This document shows positions 9,743 through 19,346 of a DNA stretch of 41,441 bases, piece by piece. Position 1 is the first letter of the stretch. Each line of letters starts with the position of its first letter. Where the stretch lies: positions 1 through 41,441 of the IMG/VR virus record IMGVR_UViG_3300019487_000013; one strand, written 5' to 3'. This DNA comes from a virus. Under the pieces are notes generated by a model. The model ran no database searches and was not told where the DNA came from. It saw only the letters and a program-made list of their open reading frames with translations. The position numbers and the translations under genes were made by a program.

Positions 9743-10161
9743 AGCCCGCCGAGGACGCGGTGCGGGAGTTCGTGCTCGAGGACCAGGCCGTCGCGGCCCT
9801 CGTGGGGGACCGCATCCTCCCCATGCCCTTCGACCAGGCGGGCACGGTGCCGGCGATCACCTACCGGCGGGTCACGACGCGCCGCAACCAGACCCTCGAC
9901 GGGCCCTCGGGGCTCGAGTGGGCCCGCACTCAATACGACATCTGGGCGAGGAACGAGCAGAAGCCCACCGCCGGCGAGGTCTTCGAAGCTCTGAAACTCG
10001 CGCTCGACGGGAAGGCCCCCAGCCGTGGGTTCCCGTTCGTCCGGCAGGGCGTGAAGGTGATGAACGTGGAGGTCGGGACCCACCAGGACCTCTACGACGA
10101 CGCGGTGCGGCTCCATCGGGTCTCGGTGGAGCTCGTCATCGGCTACGGGAAGGCCGCTTGA
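9739..10161 (+). CDS. Tail terminator-like protein (DUF3168-like)
   Basis: 140 aa. N-terminal AVREFVLEDQAVAALVGDRILP and the position after the gp10-like gene fit DUF3168-type tail completion proteins. Confidence 0.55.
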   Translation: MKPAEDAVREFVLEDQAVAALVGDRILPMPFDQAGTVPAITYRRVTTRRNQTLDGPSGLEWARTQYDIWARNEQKPTAGEVFEALKLALDGKAPSRGFPFVRQGVKVMNVEVGTHQDLYDDAVRLHRVSVELVIGYGKAA

Positions 10162-10177
10162 GGAAAGGGGAATAGGC

Positions 10178-10687
10178 ATGTCGCTGCAGACGACGCTCAA
10201 CCTGGCGCTCAGCGCCGAAGTGGTCGAGGCCGTGGACCTCGGCACGCGGCGCGCCGAGCTTGTGAAGCGGATCGCGAAGACCTTCGCGGACGGCTCCGGG
10301 GCGAACCAGGCCAACAAGGTCTACCAGGACTCAAACACTCTGGCGGGCGGCGCCACCCAGAGCCTGGACCTCGACGCGGGCACGATCCTCGGCCCCTTCG
10401 GCGTGGCCGTCCCCGCGCTGGCGCAGGTCCGGGCAATCCTGATCGAAGCCGACCCCGCGAACCCCGACAACATCGAGGTCGGGGGCGACTTCGTGCAGAC
10501 CGTCATCATGGACGGGTTCGTCGACGACCCCGTCGCGATCCGGGTGCGGCCCGGAGGAGCCCTGCTCCTCGTGGCCCCCGCGGCCGTCGGCTACGCCGTG
10601 GCCGCCGCCACCGGAGACGTCCTGTCCGTCACCAACGCCGACGGCGCCGTCGCCGCGACATTCTCCATCCTTCTCATCGGCTCGTAA
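10178..10687 (+). CDS. Hypothetical structural protein
   Basis: 169-aa ORF between the tail-completion genes and the major tail gene, with strong GC3 bias. No family assignment. Confidence 0.5.
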   Translation: MSLQTTLNLALSAEVVEAVDLGTRRAELVKRIAKTFADGSGANQANKVYQDSNTLAGGATQSLDLDAGTILGPFGVAVPALAQVRAILIEADPANPDNIEVGGDFVQTVIMDGFVDDPVAIRVRPGGALLLVAPAAVGYAVAAATGDVLSVTNADGAVAATFSILLIGS

Positions 10688-10719
10688 GGCGCCCAGGCAG
10701 GTAGCGAAAGGAGCAAGAC

Positions 10720-11154
10720 ATGGCCGAGTATGGCACCAAGGCGGTCCTGGTCCACGGGACCCAGGTCCAGCGTGGCTTGGGAACGACGCCCGAGACCTAC
10801 GAGATCATCACGGAGATCGTCTCCGTCGACCCGCCTGAGGACCAGGCCGACGACGTCGATGTCACGCACACCGAGGCCCTCAACAAGCGGAAGCAGTTCA
10901 TCCGCGGATTGATCGACTCCGGTGAGGCGAGCGCCACGATCAACTACAACCCCGCCGAGTACCCGGTCCACGTCAGCCTCCGGAACGACTTCAAGACCGG
11001 AACCATCCGCAAGTGGCGGGTCGTGCTCCCCGGCGCCATGGAGACGATCGAGTTCGACGCCTACGTTAAGGGCCTCAAGCGGAACCTGGGCTCCGCCGGC
11101 GATGCGCTCACCGCTGACATCACCTGGCGCGTCTCCAACGTCGACGTCACGTAG
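10720..11154 (+). CDS. Major tail (tube) protein
   Basis: 144 aa. The pattern YEIITEIVSVDPPEDQADDVDVTHTEA...KQFIRGLIDSGEAS is typical of small siphovirus/GTA-type tail tube proteins. It lies directly upstream of the chaperone pair. Confidence 0.7.
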   Translation: MAEYGTKAVLVHGTQVQRGLGTTPETYEIITEIVSVDPPEDQADDVDVTHTEALNKRKQFIRGLIDSGEASATINYNPAEYPVHVSLRNDFKTGTIRKWRVVLPGAMETIEFDAYVKGLKRNLGSAGDALTADITWRVSNVDVT

Positions 11155-11166
11155 CCCCGGGCGCCC

Positions 11167-11544
11167 ATGACCAACCGCTACAAGGGCGAGGTCGAGATCG
11201 AGGCGCTCGGCCAGAAGTGGACGATGCGTCTCGGGATGAACGAGACGATCGAGCTCCAGGATGCCTTCGGGCTCGAAGAGGACGCCGGACCCGAGGACCT
11301 CATGGAGGCCCTCCAGAAGATCAAGACCCTGAAGAAGCTCCGTAGCTTCTTCCACGTGGTCTTGCGCTTCGCTCACCCGGAGATCGACGAGAAGACGGCG
11401 GGCCAGGTCGTCACCGAGCTCGGCCTCGAGGCTGGCGTCAAGCACGTCCTCGAGTGCCTCCGCTGGGCGATGCCGGACAGAGAGCCGGCGCCCGCGGGCG
11501 GGGGCAAGCGGGGAAAAGGCGAAGCTCCTGGAGCGACTTCCTAG
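11167..11544 (+). CDS. Tail assembly chaperone (G-like, zero-frame product)
   Basis: 125 aa. GEVEIEALGQKWTMRLGMNETIELQDAFG resembles GTA-type tail assembly chaperones. It sits between the tube protein and the tape measure. Confidence 0.7.
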   Translation: MTNRYKGEVEIEALGQKWTMRLGMNETIELQDAFGLEEDAGPEDLMEALQKIKTLKKLRSFFHVVLRFAHPEIDEKTAGQVVTELGLEAGVKHVLECLRWAMPDREPAPAGGGKRGKGEAPGATS

Positions 11545-11846
11545 CGGACGCTGCGAAGGCCGGCATCAGGCCCGAGGACGTATGGAGGTACACCCCGCGG
11601 GAGATCTCGATCATCGTCAAGGGGGCGATTTGGCGGCAGCAGCAAGCGTCGGAGATCGGGATCACCGCCGCGTGGATGACGGCGAAGCTCATGAGAGCCA
11701 AGAAGCTGCCCAGCCTGAAGACGCTGCTCAAGGCGAAGAAGGGACCCCGTCCGCCCCAGTCCCCTGAAGAGCAGCGCGAGATCTGGCTCGAGATCGCCGA
11801 AGGGCTCGGGATGAAGGTCACGCGCCACGAGCACCCGGTGATCTGA
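11167..11846 (+). CDS. Tail assembly chaperone, -1 frameshift fusion (GT-like): 11167..11517 joined to 11517..11846
   Basis: The slippery heptamer G_GGA_AAA at 11511-11517 lies 8 codons before the zero-frame stop. The -1 frame stays open to 11846, ends 2 nt before the tape-measure start, and reads ...RRSSWSDFLADAAKAGIRPEDVWRYTPREI. Confidence 0.65.
11511..11517 (+). promoter_or_regulatory. Programmed -1 ribosomal frameshift slippery site GGGAAAA
   Basis: It has the X_XXY_YYZ pattern in the correct phase (codons GGA AAA in the zero frame). Confidence 0.65.
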
Positions 11847-11847
11847 G

Positions 11848-14800
11848 GTGGCCTCCCAGATCATCGGCGCCCTGAGGGCGGTCCTCTCCGCGGAGACGGC
11901 GGACTTCGAGGCCGGCTTCAAACGGGCGGGCGCCCTCACCAACAACCTCTCCACCGAGCTCTCCAACCTCAACAAGCCCCTCACCTCGATCGGGAAGGAC
12001 TTCGCCAAGGTCGGCCTGGGCATCGCGGGCGCGGCCGCGGCCGTGGGCGGGGCCGTGGCCTTCGCCACGAAGCGCTTTCTGGACCTCTCCGACGGCCTCG
12101 TCACCATGGCCGACAAGAGCGGGACCACGGTGGAGTGGCTCCAGAAAACCAAGTACGCGGCCGAGCAATCGGGCACGACCCTCGAGGCCGTCGTAGCTTC
12201 GACGGGCAAGCTGCAGAAGGCCCTCGCCGAAGGCTCGCGGGACACCGTCGAGGCCGTGAATGCCCTGGGCCTTTCCTTCCAGGACCTGCGCAACTCGTCC
12301 CCGGACGAGCAGATGGACAAGGTCCTCGCCGCGATCTCGAAGGTCGCGGACCCGACCGAGCGCACGGCCCTCGCCGTGAAGCTCCTGGGGAGGAGCGGTG
12401 CCGACCTCATCCCCCTCGCCGGGAACTTCGAGGAGCTGAAGCAGAAGGCGGAGGAGCTGGGCCTCGTCATGTCCGAGAAGGACGTCCGGGCGGCGGAGGC
12501 GCTCGGGGACTCGATCGACTCGCTCTTCGCAGCGCTCGGCGGCCTGGTCAACAACGTGGTCGCCGTCATCACGAGCAGCCAGAGCTTGCACGTCCTGATC
12601 GAGGGCCTCACCAATATCTTCGCCTCGCTCTCCTCGAGCGTGAGCGGCAACCGCCAGATGATGGCGGACCTCGTCTCCCAGGGCGTCCTCCTCCTTGCCA
12701 AGGGCCTCGTCTTCCTGGTCGATGTCGTGCAGGTCGGCATCAACGTCTGGGACGCGCTCCGCCTCACCTGGCTCTCGCTCTACAACGTTGCGCTCCAGCT
12801 CGCCCTCGGCTTCGCGACGGTGGAACTCGCGTGGGCGAAGCTCACGGGGGACAAGCAGGCGGTCGCGGACAACGCGCTCAACATCAAGCTCATCGAGGCG
12901 GAGATCGCCGCGAACGCCCGGGCCGTGACCGCGGTGGAGGAGAGCAACACCGCGAAGACGAACGCCGTGCAGGGATTCCGGGCGCAGCTCGTCGAGCTCG
13001 AGAAGCAGGTCGCGGCCGCGGCGGGGAAGGAGGTCGAGCTCGGGGAGAAGGCGAAGCAGGGTGGCGCCGGCGTCCAGGCGATGACGGCCGAGATGAAGAA
13101 GGCGGCCGAGGAAGCCCTCAAGATGAGCCAGGACCTGGACAAGGCCATCGGCCAGGCCCAGGCGGCCTCCCAGGAGGGCCTCGCCGGCGACTTCGCCAAG
13201 ATCGGCGTCGACGCGGAGGCGCAGCTCCGGAAGATCGACGACCTCCTCCGCAAGGGCCTCGATCCCGCCTCCGCGGCCGCGCTCGCGCAGCAGGTCACGG
13301 TCCTCACCAGGCAGCTCGAGGACAACGCCGTCGCGGCCGCGCGGCAGCAGATCCTGGGCGAGACCTTCAAGGACGTCCAGGTGGACGCGCAGAACCTCCT
13401 CTCCGTGCTCGCGGAGTTCGAGGCGCGGGGCGGCAGCCTCAAGGACCTGACCGACGAGGCCCTTGGCGCCCTGGCCGAGAACCTGAAGAAGGCCGTCCAG
13501 AATGGTGCCCCGCTCACCGCGCAGCTCGAGGAGGTGAACGGACTCCTCAAGGAGAGGGGGATCCTCTCGAAGCAGGAGGAGGCGGCGATCGATTCCGCCC
13601 TCGAGGCCCAGCACCGCTACTGGGACACGGTCGACCAGGAGATCGAGGAAGCCAAGTACAAGCTGCAGGACTTCTACTCCGACCTCTACGGAGTGGCGAA
13701 CCTCCTCGCCACCCTCGGTGCGCCGCAGCTCGGAGAGAGCCTCGCCGGCGCCGTCGACTGGATGCAGCAATTCGATGCGGCCGCGGAGGACGGCGTCCTC
13801 GCGTGGGGTGAGATCGCGAACCTGGCCGCAGGCGCGGCGGCTCAATTTCAGAGGGCCACGGACAGCGCCTCCGCCATGAGCCGCGCCCTAGGGGGAGCGC
13901 TCACCGGCGCCGGCATCGGCTCGAAGATCGGCGGCCTCTTCGGGCCCGTGGGCGCCGCCGTCGGGGCCGGAGTGGGTGCGATAGCGGGAGCCATCGGAGG
14001 AATCTTCAACAAGCCCGAGTTGGACGGCGTCGGCAAGAAGTGGGGTGTCGACATCTCCGAAGGCCTCGCGAAACAGATCGAGGCCGACGCCAAGGAAATC
14101 GGGGACAAGACCGCGGCCATCCTCAAGAACCTGCCCTCGATCATCGAGGAGGCGGGAGGCATCGAGTCCTTCGGCGTCGACAAGGCCGTGTCGGCCGCGC
14201 ACGACCTCTTCTCCCAGATCGAGACCGGGAAGCTCTCGGTGGCGGAGGCGGTGGCGGCCTTCGACGAGGTCTTTGGGCAGCTCATCCCGCACGCGATCGA
14301 CAAGACGACCGGCTTCGCCTCCGACGCCTTCCTGGAGCTCATCGAGCTCAACGAGCGGTTCGGCACGAAGTCGGCCGAGGTGGCGAAGTTCCTGGAGCAG
14401 CAGGCGGGCGCCGGCGTCCAGAGCCTCAACAAGCTCTCTGAGTCGATCGTGGTCAGCGAGGCCTCGGCCGCTGGCCTAGGCGCCGCGGTGGTCGCGCAGT
14501 TCCAGGCCCTCCGGGACCAGGGGCTCACGGCCCGCGAGGCGATGGAGCAGCTCCAGCCCTCGATCGACAACCTGCGGAAGAAGTTCGAGGAGCTCGGGAT
14601 CTCGGGCGGCCCGGCCTTCGACGTGCTGGCCGCGCAGTCGGCCCTCGCCGCGGACGAGACCGCGGGCCCCCTCATCGATGGCATCAACGCCGCCGGCGCC
14701 GCCCTCGCCGCCCTCCACAACCAGGGCGTCCTCACCCAGGAGTCCTTCACCGGGCTCACGACGTCGATCGGCGAGACCTACGCGAAGCTCCAGGAGCAGG

Positions 14801-15483
14801 GCCAGGCGGGCCCGGCGGCGCTGGCCCTCATCCAGCCCGACCTGCAGCGGGTGTGGGAGCTGCAGCGGAACTTCGGCTATGAGGTCGATGCGGCGACCCA
14901 GGCCCTGCTCGACGAGGCCGTGGCGAGTGGCCAGGTGGGCGAGGCCCACATGTCCGCCCAGGACCGCATGACGGAGGCCACGGAGCGGACCGCCACCGCG
15001 ATCGAGACGCTCGTGAGGGCCCTCGGGGTGGACCTGCCCACCGCCGCGAGGAGGGGCGCCGACGGCGTCGAGAAGGCCTTCGGCGGGATCCAGATTCCGC
15101 CGATCGACGTCGAGTATCGCACCCGTACCACGGGGAGCGGGGCGCCCGGGGGGGAAAGCGAGCCTCTACCCGAGTTCGCGCGTGGCGGCGTCGGTGACTT
15201 CGGCGTCGAGACCATGGCCCTCTTGCACGGCCCGGAGGCCATCATCCCGCTCGATCGACTGGACCGGCTCCTTTCGCGCGCCATGGGAGCAGGGCGGGGA
15301 CAGGGCGGAGGGACGACGGTCGTCTTCCAGGAGGGCGCCTTCCAGTCCGAGCTCAATATCCAGGCCGATGGCGGGGATCCACAGGCGATCGCGGCGGCCG
15401 CGGCGGACGCGCTCGAGCAGCGCGACGAGCGGTTTCGCGGGGAGATCGTGCGGGTCATCGAGGAGCACGAGGCCACCGCGTGA
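11848..15483 (+). CDS. Tape measure protein
   Basis: 1211 aa, alanine- and glutamate-rich coiled coil, with glycine-rich hydrophobic segments near aa 690-720. It follows the chaperone pair. Confidence 0.9.
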   Translation: MASQIIGALRAVLSAETADFEAGFKRAGALTNNLSTELSNLNKPLTSIGKDFAKVGLGIAGAAAAVGGAVAFATKRFLDLSDGLVTMADKSGTTVEWLQKTKYAAEQSGTTLEAVVASTGKLQKALAEGSRDTVEAVNALGLSFQDLRNSSPDEQMDKVLAAISKVADPTERTALAVKLLGRSGADLIPLAGNFEELKQKAEELGLVMSEKDVRAAEALGDSIDSLFAALGGLVNNVVAVITSSQSLHVLIEGLTNIFASLSSSVSGNRQMMADLVSQGVLLLAKGLVFLVDVVQVGINVWDALRLTWLSLYNVALQLALGFATVELAWAKLTGDKQAVADNALNIKLIEAEIAANARAVTAVEESNTAKTNAVQGFRAQLVELEKQVAAAAGKEVELGEKAKQGGAGVQAMTAEMKKAAEEALKMSQDLDKAIGQAQAASQEGLAGDFAKIGVDAEAQLRKIDDLLRKGLDPASAAALAQQVTVLTRQLEDNAVAAARQQILGETFKDVQVDAQNLLSVLAEFEARGGSLKDLTDEALGALAENLKKAVQNGAPLTAQLEEVNGLLKERGILSKQEEAAIDSALEAQHRYWDTVDQEIEEAKYKLQDFYSDLYGVANLLATLGAPQLGESLAGAVDWMQQFDAAAEDGVLAWGEIANLAAGAAAQFQRATDSASAMSRALGGALTGAGIGSKIGGLFGPVGAAVGAGVGAIAGAIGGIFNKPELDGVGKKWGVDISEGLAKQIEADAKEIGDKTAAILKNLPSIIEEAGGIESFGVDKAVSAAHDLFSQIETGKLSVAEAVAAFDEVFGQLIPHAIDKTTGFASDAFLELIELNERFGTKSAEVAKFLEQQAGAGVQSLNKLSESIVVSEASAAGLGAAVVAQFQALRDQGLTAREAMEQLQPSIDNLRKKFEELGISGGPAFDVLAAQSALAADETAGPLIDGINAAGAALAALHNQGVLTQESFTGLTTSIGETYAKLQEQGQAGPAALALIQPDLQRVWELQRNFGYEVDAATQALLDEAVASGQVGEAHMSAQDRMTEATERTATAIETLVRALGVDLPTAARRGADGVEKAFGGIQIPPIDVEYRTRTTGSGAPGGESEPLPEFARGGVGDFGVETMALLHGPEAIIPLDRLDRLLSRAMGAGRGQGGGTTVVFQEGAFQSELNIQADGGDPQAIAAAAADALEQRDERFRGEIVRVIEEHEATA

Positions 15484-16130
15484 GCACGATCGTCGCCTTC
15501 GACGAGACCGAGGTAACGACCGACCCGACCCGGCTCCTCGAGTTCCAGGACGGCGGGATCTGGATGGCTCGGGCCGTCGGCGAGCCGCTCGGCGCCCAGA
15601 ACCTCACCCTATCCGCGTTTTCGCGCGTAAACCAGGACAGCCCGCTCCGCCTGGCCGCGGCCGCCACTATCAACGGCCCGACGCCCAACGACCCGGCCAC
15701 GTTGGAGGTCGGGCCCGTCTACTCCTCCGAGCTCCTGGACCTCTGGGCCGTGCTCTCCACGGGCACACCCGTCACCATCCCCTGGATCGTCGAGCAGCTC
15801 GCCCGCCTCCGCACGGTCCAGCAGGGGCGCCTGCTCGCCACCGGCGGCGTCGACAGCCTGGTCACGGTGCCTTACGGCGGCAAGTTCGGGCTCCTCGTCG
15901 ACGTCGGCGTGATGGAGTCCGGAGACAACCTCGAGCTCCGGCTCAAGACCGCCGGCGCTGGGCCAGGGTCGACGGTCGTCGTCGACAAGTACGCCATGCT
16001 GCAGGACGCCCAGGACCAGGGGATCTACTTCCTGGGCCCCTGCTTCGCGCGGACGAGCTTCGAGCCGACGCTCGAGCAGTCCGCCGGAGACCCCCGGACC
16101 TATGACTGGAAGGTGGTCCTTGTCGAGTGA
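15480..16130 (+). CDS. Distal tail protein candidate (called by position)
   Basis: 216 aa with GTGA overlap to the tape-measure stop. No motif recognised. Confidence 0.45.
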   Translation: MSTIVAFDETEVTTDPTRLLEFQDGGIWMARAVGEPLGAQNLTLSAFSRVNQDSPLRLAAAATINGPTPNDPATLEVGPVYSSELLDLWAVLSTGTPVTIPWIVEQLARLRTVQQGRLLATGGVDSLVTVPYGGKFGLLVDVGVMESGDNLELRLKTAGAGPGSTVVVDKYAMLQDAQDQGIYFLGPCFARTSFEPTLEQSAGDPRTYDWKVVLVE

Positions 16131-16332
16131 TCCCCCGAAGATCGTCGTCGAGGTCCCGCAGGCGAAGCTCCTCCGCGCCTTCAACCTGGCCATGGACGCG
16201 CACCGCCCAGTGCAGCGCCGCGGTCACGCCCATGTCACCTGTCTCGGCTGCTGCCGCCCGTGGCCCTGCCCTGCCGAGCAGGCTGCGCAGGATCTCCCGG
16301 CCCACGCCCTGGCGGAACGCTCGAGGACCTGA
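16102..16332 (+). CDS. Small Cys-rich hypothetical protein
   Basis: 76-aa ORF containing HVTCLGCCRPWPCP. Its TGA overlaps the ATG of the next gene. The start is uncertain (ATG 16102 or TTG 16120). Confidence 0.4.
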   Translation: MTGRWSLSSDPPKIVVEVPQAKLLRAFNLAMDAHRPVQRRGHAHVTCLGCCRPWPCPAEQAAQDLPAHALAERSRT

Positions 16333-19300
16333 TGCTGGGCGCCCTGACCGAGCCCTGCCCGGAGGCCCTCTGGCCGCTCCTCTTCCTGCGCGAGCTCGAG
16401 GACCGCGGCTCGGCCGAGGCCTTCCCCGTCCTCACGATCGGCTTTCCCACGGGAAGCCTCATGTTCTCCGACACCGAGGTCAGCTCCGAAGAGGACCCGA
16501 TCCTGCGCCGGGTCTCGGCCTGGCCGCGGAACGTGATCCTCGGCTTCGAGGTCCTCGAGACGAGCCTGCCACTGCCCATGTACGTCTTCGAGATCGACGA
16601 CCCGGACGGGGAGCTGCAGGACGAGTTCCGGGGCGCTCAAGCCCTGGGCGTCTACCACGCCCCGGCGACGCTCCGCTGGGCCATGGACGTCGTGGCCTCC
16701 GGGATGTGGCCGCCCGTCCTCACGTGCGTCGTGAAGAAGTGGACGACGCCGCGGCGCGACGTCGTGCGGCTCTTCGTCGCCCACAACGACGACTGGCTCC
16801 GGGCCCCGATCCTCCACCAGCGCGTCAGCAGGGAGACGAGGCCCTTCGCGCATGAGAGCGCCGTCGGCAAGGCGTATCCCGTCGCGGCCGGGACCTTCGA
16901 CTCGAGGGCCTCCGATGGCGCGAGCGCCCTCCCGACCCTCTATGTGGACACCCGTGAGAACGAGTGGCGCTTCGCCGCGGTCCTCGGGAATGCCCACCAG
17001 GTCCTCCGCGCGCGGCTGAACGGCGAGCTCGCGACCCTCGGCACGGACTACGAGGTCGTGCGCGAGACGGTGAAGGAGATCCGCACCTCGGGGGTTCGCT
17101 GGCTCGTCGACCCCGGGCCCGACCCCATCGTGACCGTCGACCTGGTGGGGATCGAGCACCTCGGGGATGGCACCGGCGCCCCCATCCTGACGCCGGCCGC
17201 GGCCATGCGGCGAGTTCTCGGGAACTTCGCGCACGACGCCTATCGAGGGGGCGCCTGGGCGGACAACGACCAGGGCTCCCTCCGCCTGAACCTCAAGACC
17301 TTCGACGAGGCCGACGACTACCTGATGGCCAGCAGCTACCGCCCGCAGCCCCCGGCCCTCAACAGCCACGGCGTGGGGCGCGAAGTCGAGGCCTACATTT
17401 GGACGGCCGTCCTCGCGATCGACTGGCTGCACGATCGCTGTCGTCGTCTCCTGCTCCATCCCTACTGGGACGAGCAGGGCCGAATCGCGCTCGGGATCCT
17501 CGACCACCGCACGCGGCGCGTCTTCCTCGAGGGGCCGCACTGGATCCAGGAGGAGGACGACGTCGCGCAGACCTTCGCCCAGCGCGTCCTCCCGGGCCTA
17601 CGGCTGCGTGACGAGATGAAGGCCGGCCTCGTGTCCGTCCGGGACGAGCAATCGCCGCTGCGGTCCTCTGAGGACGTCCGGCCGGCCTCGGACCAGGAGC
17701 TCATCGCCTACGATCTGGTTCCTTTCGTCACCACGGACGAGCCCACGGCCTGGACCATCGTGGGGGGCGAGGCTCCGAACCCTGCGATGACGGAGCCGCA
17801 CGAGGCGATCGCGGATCCTCCCTTCGCCCCCGACTATGACCGCTCGAAGGCGACATGGGACGCCGCCTCGGCCACCGGGACCTTCCGGGTCCGGCTCCGA
17901 TGGGCCGCCCTACCGCTGATGATCCAGGCCCGGCGGGTCGTCCGCACGGAGCTCCACTGGCTCGCGCGCTACGAACCCAACGGGGGGGGTGACCACACGA
18001 TGAAGGCCGGCCTCCGGATTGGGGGTGGCTTAACCCACTTCGGCGCCGAGCAGATCCTCACCGAGGACTGGACCGAGTACGTGGACGCCGACATCGACGA
18101 CCCGGCCCTTTGGACGCTCGAGAATCTCGCGACGGACCTCCTTGAGGCGGAGGTCTCTGCGACCCACACCGCGAGCCAGGACAAGCCGGAGATCTCCCAG
18201 CTCTTCCTCCGGGTGTTCGTGCTCGCGACCGGCCCCGCCGGCGTGCTCGAGCGCGAGCGCCTTTCGAAGGGGCTCCTCCTGGCCCGGCGCCAGCCCCTCG
18301 TGACCGAGATCGAGGTCGGCCTCCACCGTGCGGCGGTCCGCCCAGGGGACCTCGTGAGCGTCTCGCACTCGGCGGCCAAGGCCGCGGAGACGAGGCCCGG
18401 GCAGACCGGGTGGGGCACGGAGGCCTGGGAACGGCGGCCCCACTTCCAGGTGTCCCGCCGCTTCGACCTGGCGGCGCGGACGGCGCACCTCCGGCTCCTG
18501 GATGCGCGGGACCTGATTGTCCCTCTATGGGAGCTCGACCAGGCCCGCTCGAGCGCGCCCGAGGTCCAGGGCGTCGTTCGCCTAGGGGCCTGGCCCGGCG
18601 GTCGCGCGGGTGGGCCGGATGGGCGCCGCTTCTCCCGGCCCACCGATCCGACCGGAGTCCCGTCGGGCGTGGCCACCATCACCGACCCCGACTTCGACAG
18701 CATCACCATTCCCCAGGACACCGAGAAATACACGTCCGCGATCGGTCTCCTGATCGAACCGTTCGCCACTGGGGCCCCGGACCTCGCGGCCGACGTTCTC
18801 CTCTACCGGAACAGGCACGAGAACCAGAGCTGGCCGATCGACAGCGGGGGGACGGCGCTCTTCCTCGCCATGCCGCGCGAGGCCGGCGCCGGCGAGGTCC
18901 TCGTCGTCCACCGCTCCGGCTCCGACGTCGTCCTCTTCGACGGGGACCTCGAGCTGCTCATCTTCCGGCGCACCGTGGGCGGAGTCGACTACGAGGCCAC
19001 GCTCGACATGTCGGACCACACCTGGAACCACGACCGCTTGATCGCGATCCGCTGGACCTCGAGGGAGCGGGAGCTCATCCGGGTCGTGGACGACGAGGCC
19101 GAAGGAACGATCGAGGAATCCCTGCCGCGGCACTGGCTCGACATCTGGGTCCTGGACCCGGGGGAGGGCGTCGCGCCGGTGAAGGGGACTGGAGTGGAGG
19201 CCGTGGAGGGCTTCCCTGGGGACGTCTACGCGGGATCGGATGCGGGCGCCAACCAGCTCGACGCCGTCCTCAAGGGCCGGCGCATATGGCGGCAGCCTCT

Positions 19301-19346
19301 GACGGACCTCGAGGTCGAGGCCGAGATGAGGGCGATGCTTCCATGA
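16332..19346 (+). CDS. Tail hub / host-specificity protein with C-terminal LamG-like (concanavalin-type) domain
   Basis: 1004 aa. The ATG at 16332 overlaps the previous stop. The N-terminal FPVLTIGFPTGSLMFSDTEV resembles GTA/BR0599-type hub proteins. The C-terminal ...GANQLDAVLKGRRIWRQPLTDLEVEAE resembles a LamG jelly-roll ending. Confidence 0.65.
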   Translation: MLGALTEPCPEALWPLLFLRELEDRGSAEAFPVLTIGFPTGSLMFSDTEVSSEEDPILRRVSAWPRNVILGFEVLETSLPLPMYVFEIDDPDGELQDEFRGAQALGVYHAPATLRWAMDVVASGMWPPVLTCVVKKWTTPRRDVVRLFVAHNDDWLRAPILHQRVSRETRPFAHESAVGKAYPVAAGTFDSRASDGASALPTLYVDTRENEWRFAAVLGNAHQVLRARLNGELATLGTDYEVVRETVKEIRTSGVRWLVDPGPDPIVTVDLVGIEHLGDGTGAPILTPAAAMRRVLGNFAHDAYRGGAWADNDQGSLRLNLKTFDEADDYLMASSYRPQPPALNSHGVGREVEAYIWTAVLAIDWLHDRCRRLLLHPYWDEQGRIALGILDHRTRRVFLEGPHWIQEEDDVAQTFAQRVLPGLRLRDEMKAGLVSVRDEQSPLRSSEDVRPASDQELIAYDLVPFVTTDEPTAWTIVGGEAPNPAMTEPHEAIADPPFAPDYDRSKATWDAASATGTFRVRLRWAALPLMIQARRVVRTELHWLARYEPNGGGDHTMKAGLRIGGGLTHFGAEQILTEDWTEYVDADIDDPALWTLENLATDLLEAEVSATHTASQDKPEISQLFLRVFVLATGPAGVLERERLSKGLLLARRQPLVTEIEVGLHRAAVRPGDLVSVSHSAAKAAETRPGQTGWGTEAWERRPHFQVSRRFDLAARTAHLRLLDARDLIVPLWELDQARSSAPEVQGVVRLGAWPGGRAGGPDGRRFSRPTDPTGVPSGVATITDPDFDSITIPQDTEKYTSAIGLLIEPFATGAPDLAADVLLYRNRHENQSWPIDSGGTALFLAMPREAGAGEVLVVHRSGSDVVLFDGDLELLIFRRTVGGVDYEATLDMSDHTWNHDRLIAIRWTSRERELIRVVDDEAEGTIEESLPRHWLDIWVLDPGEGVAPVKGTGVEAVEGFPGDVYAGSDAGANQLDAVLKGRRIWRQPLTDLEVEAEMRAMLP

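Noticed and set aside
11818-13845. Very long antisense ORFs (for example 11818..13845 -, 16224..17540 -, 19226..21268 -, 28023..29474 -, 36344..37519 -).
   Set aside because: Their products are Arg/Gly/Pro/Ala-rich and low in complexity. They lie opposite well-supported genes. Stop codons are rare in all frames of high-GC DNA, so these are shadow ORFs.
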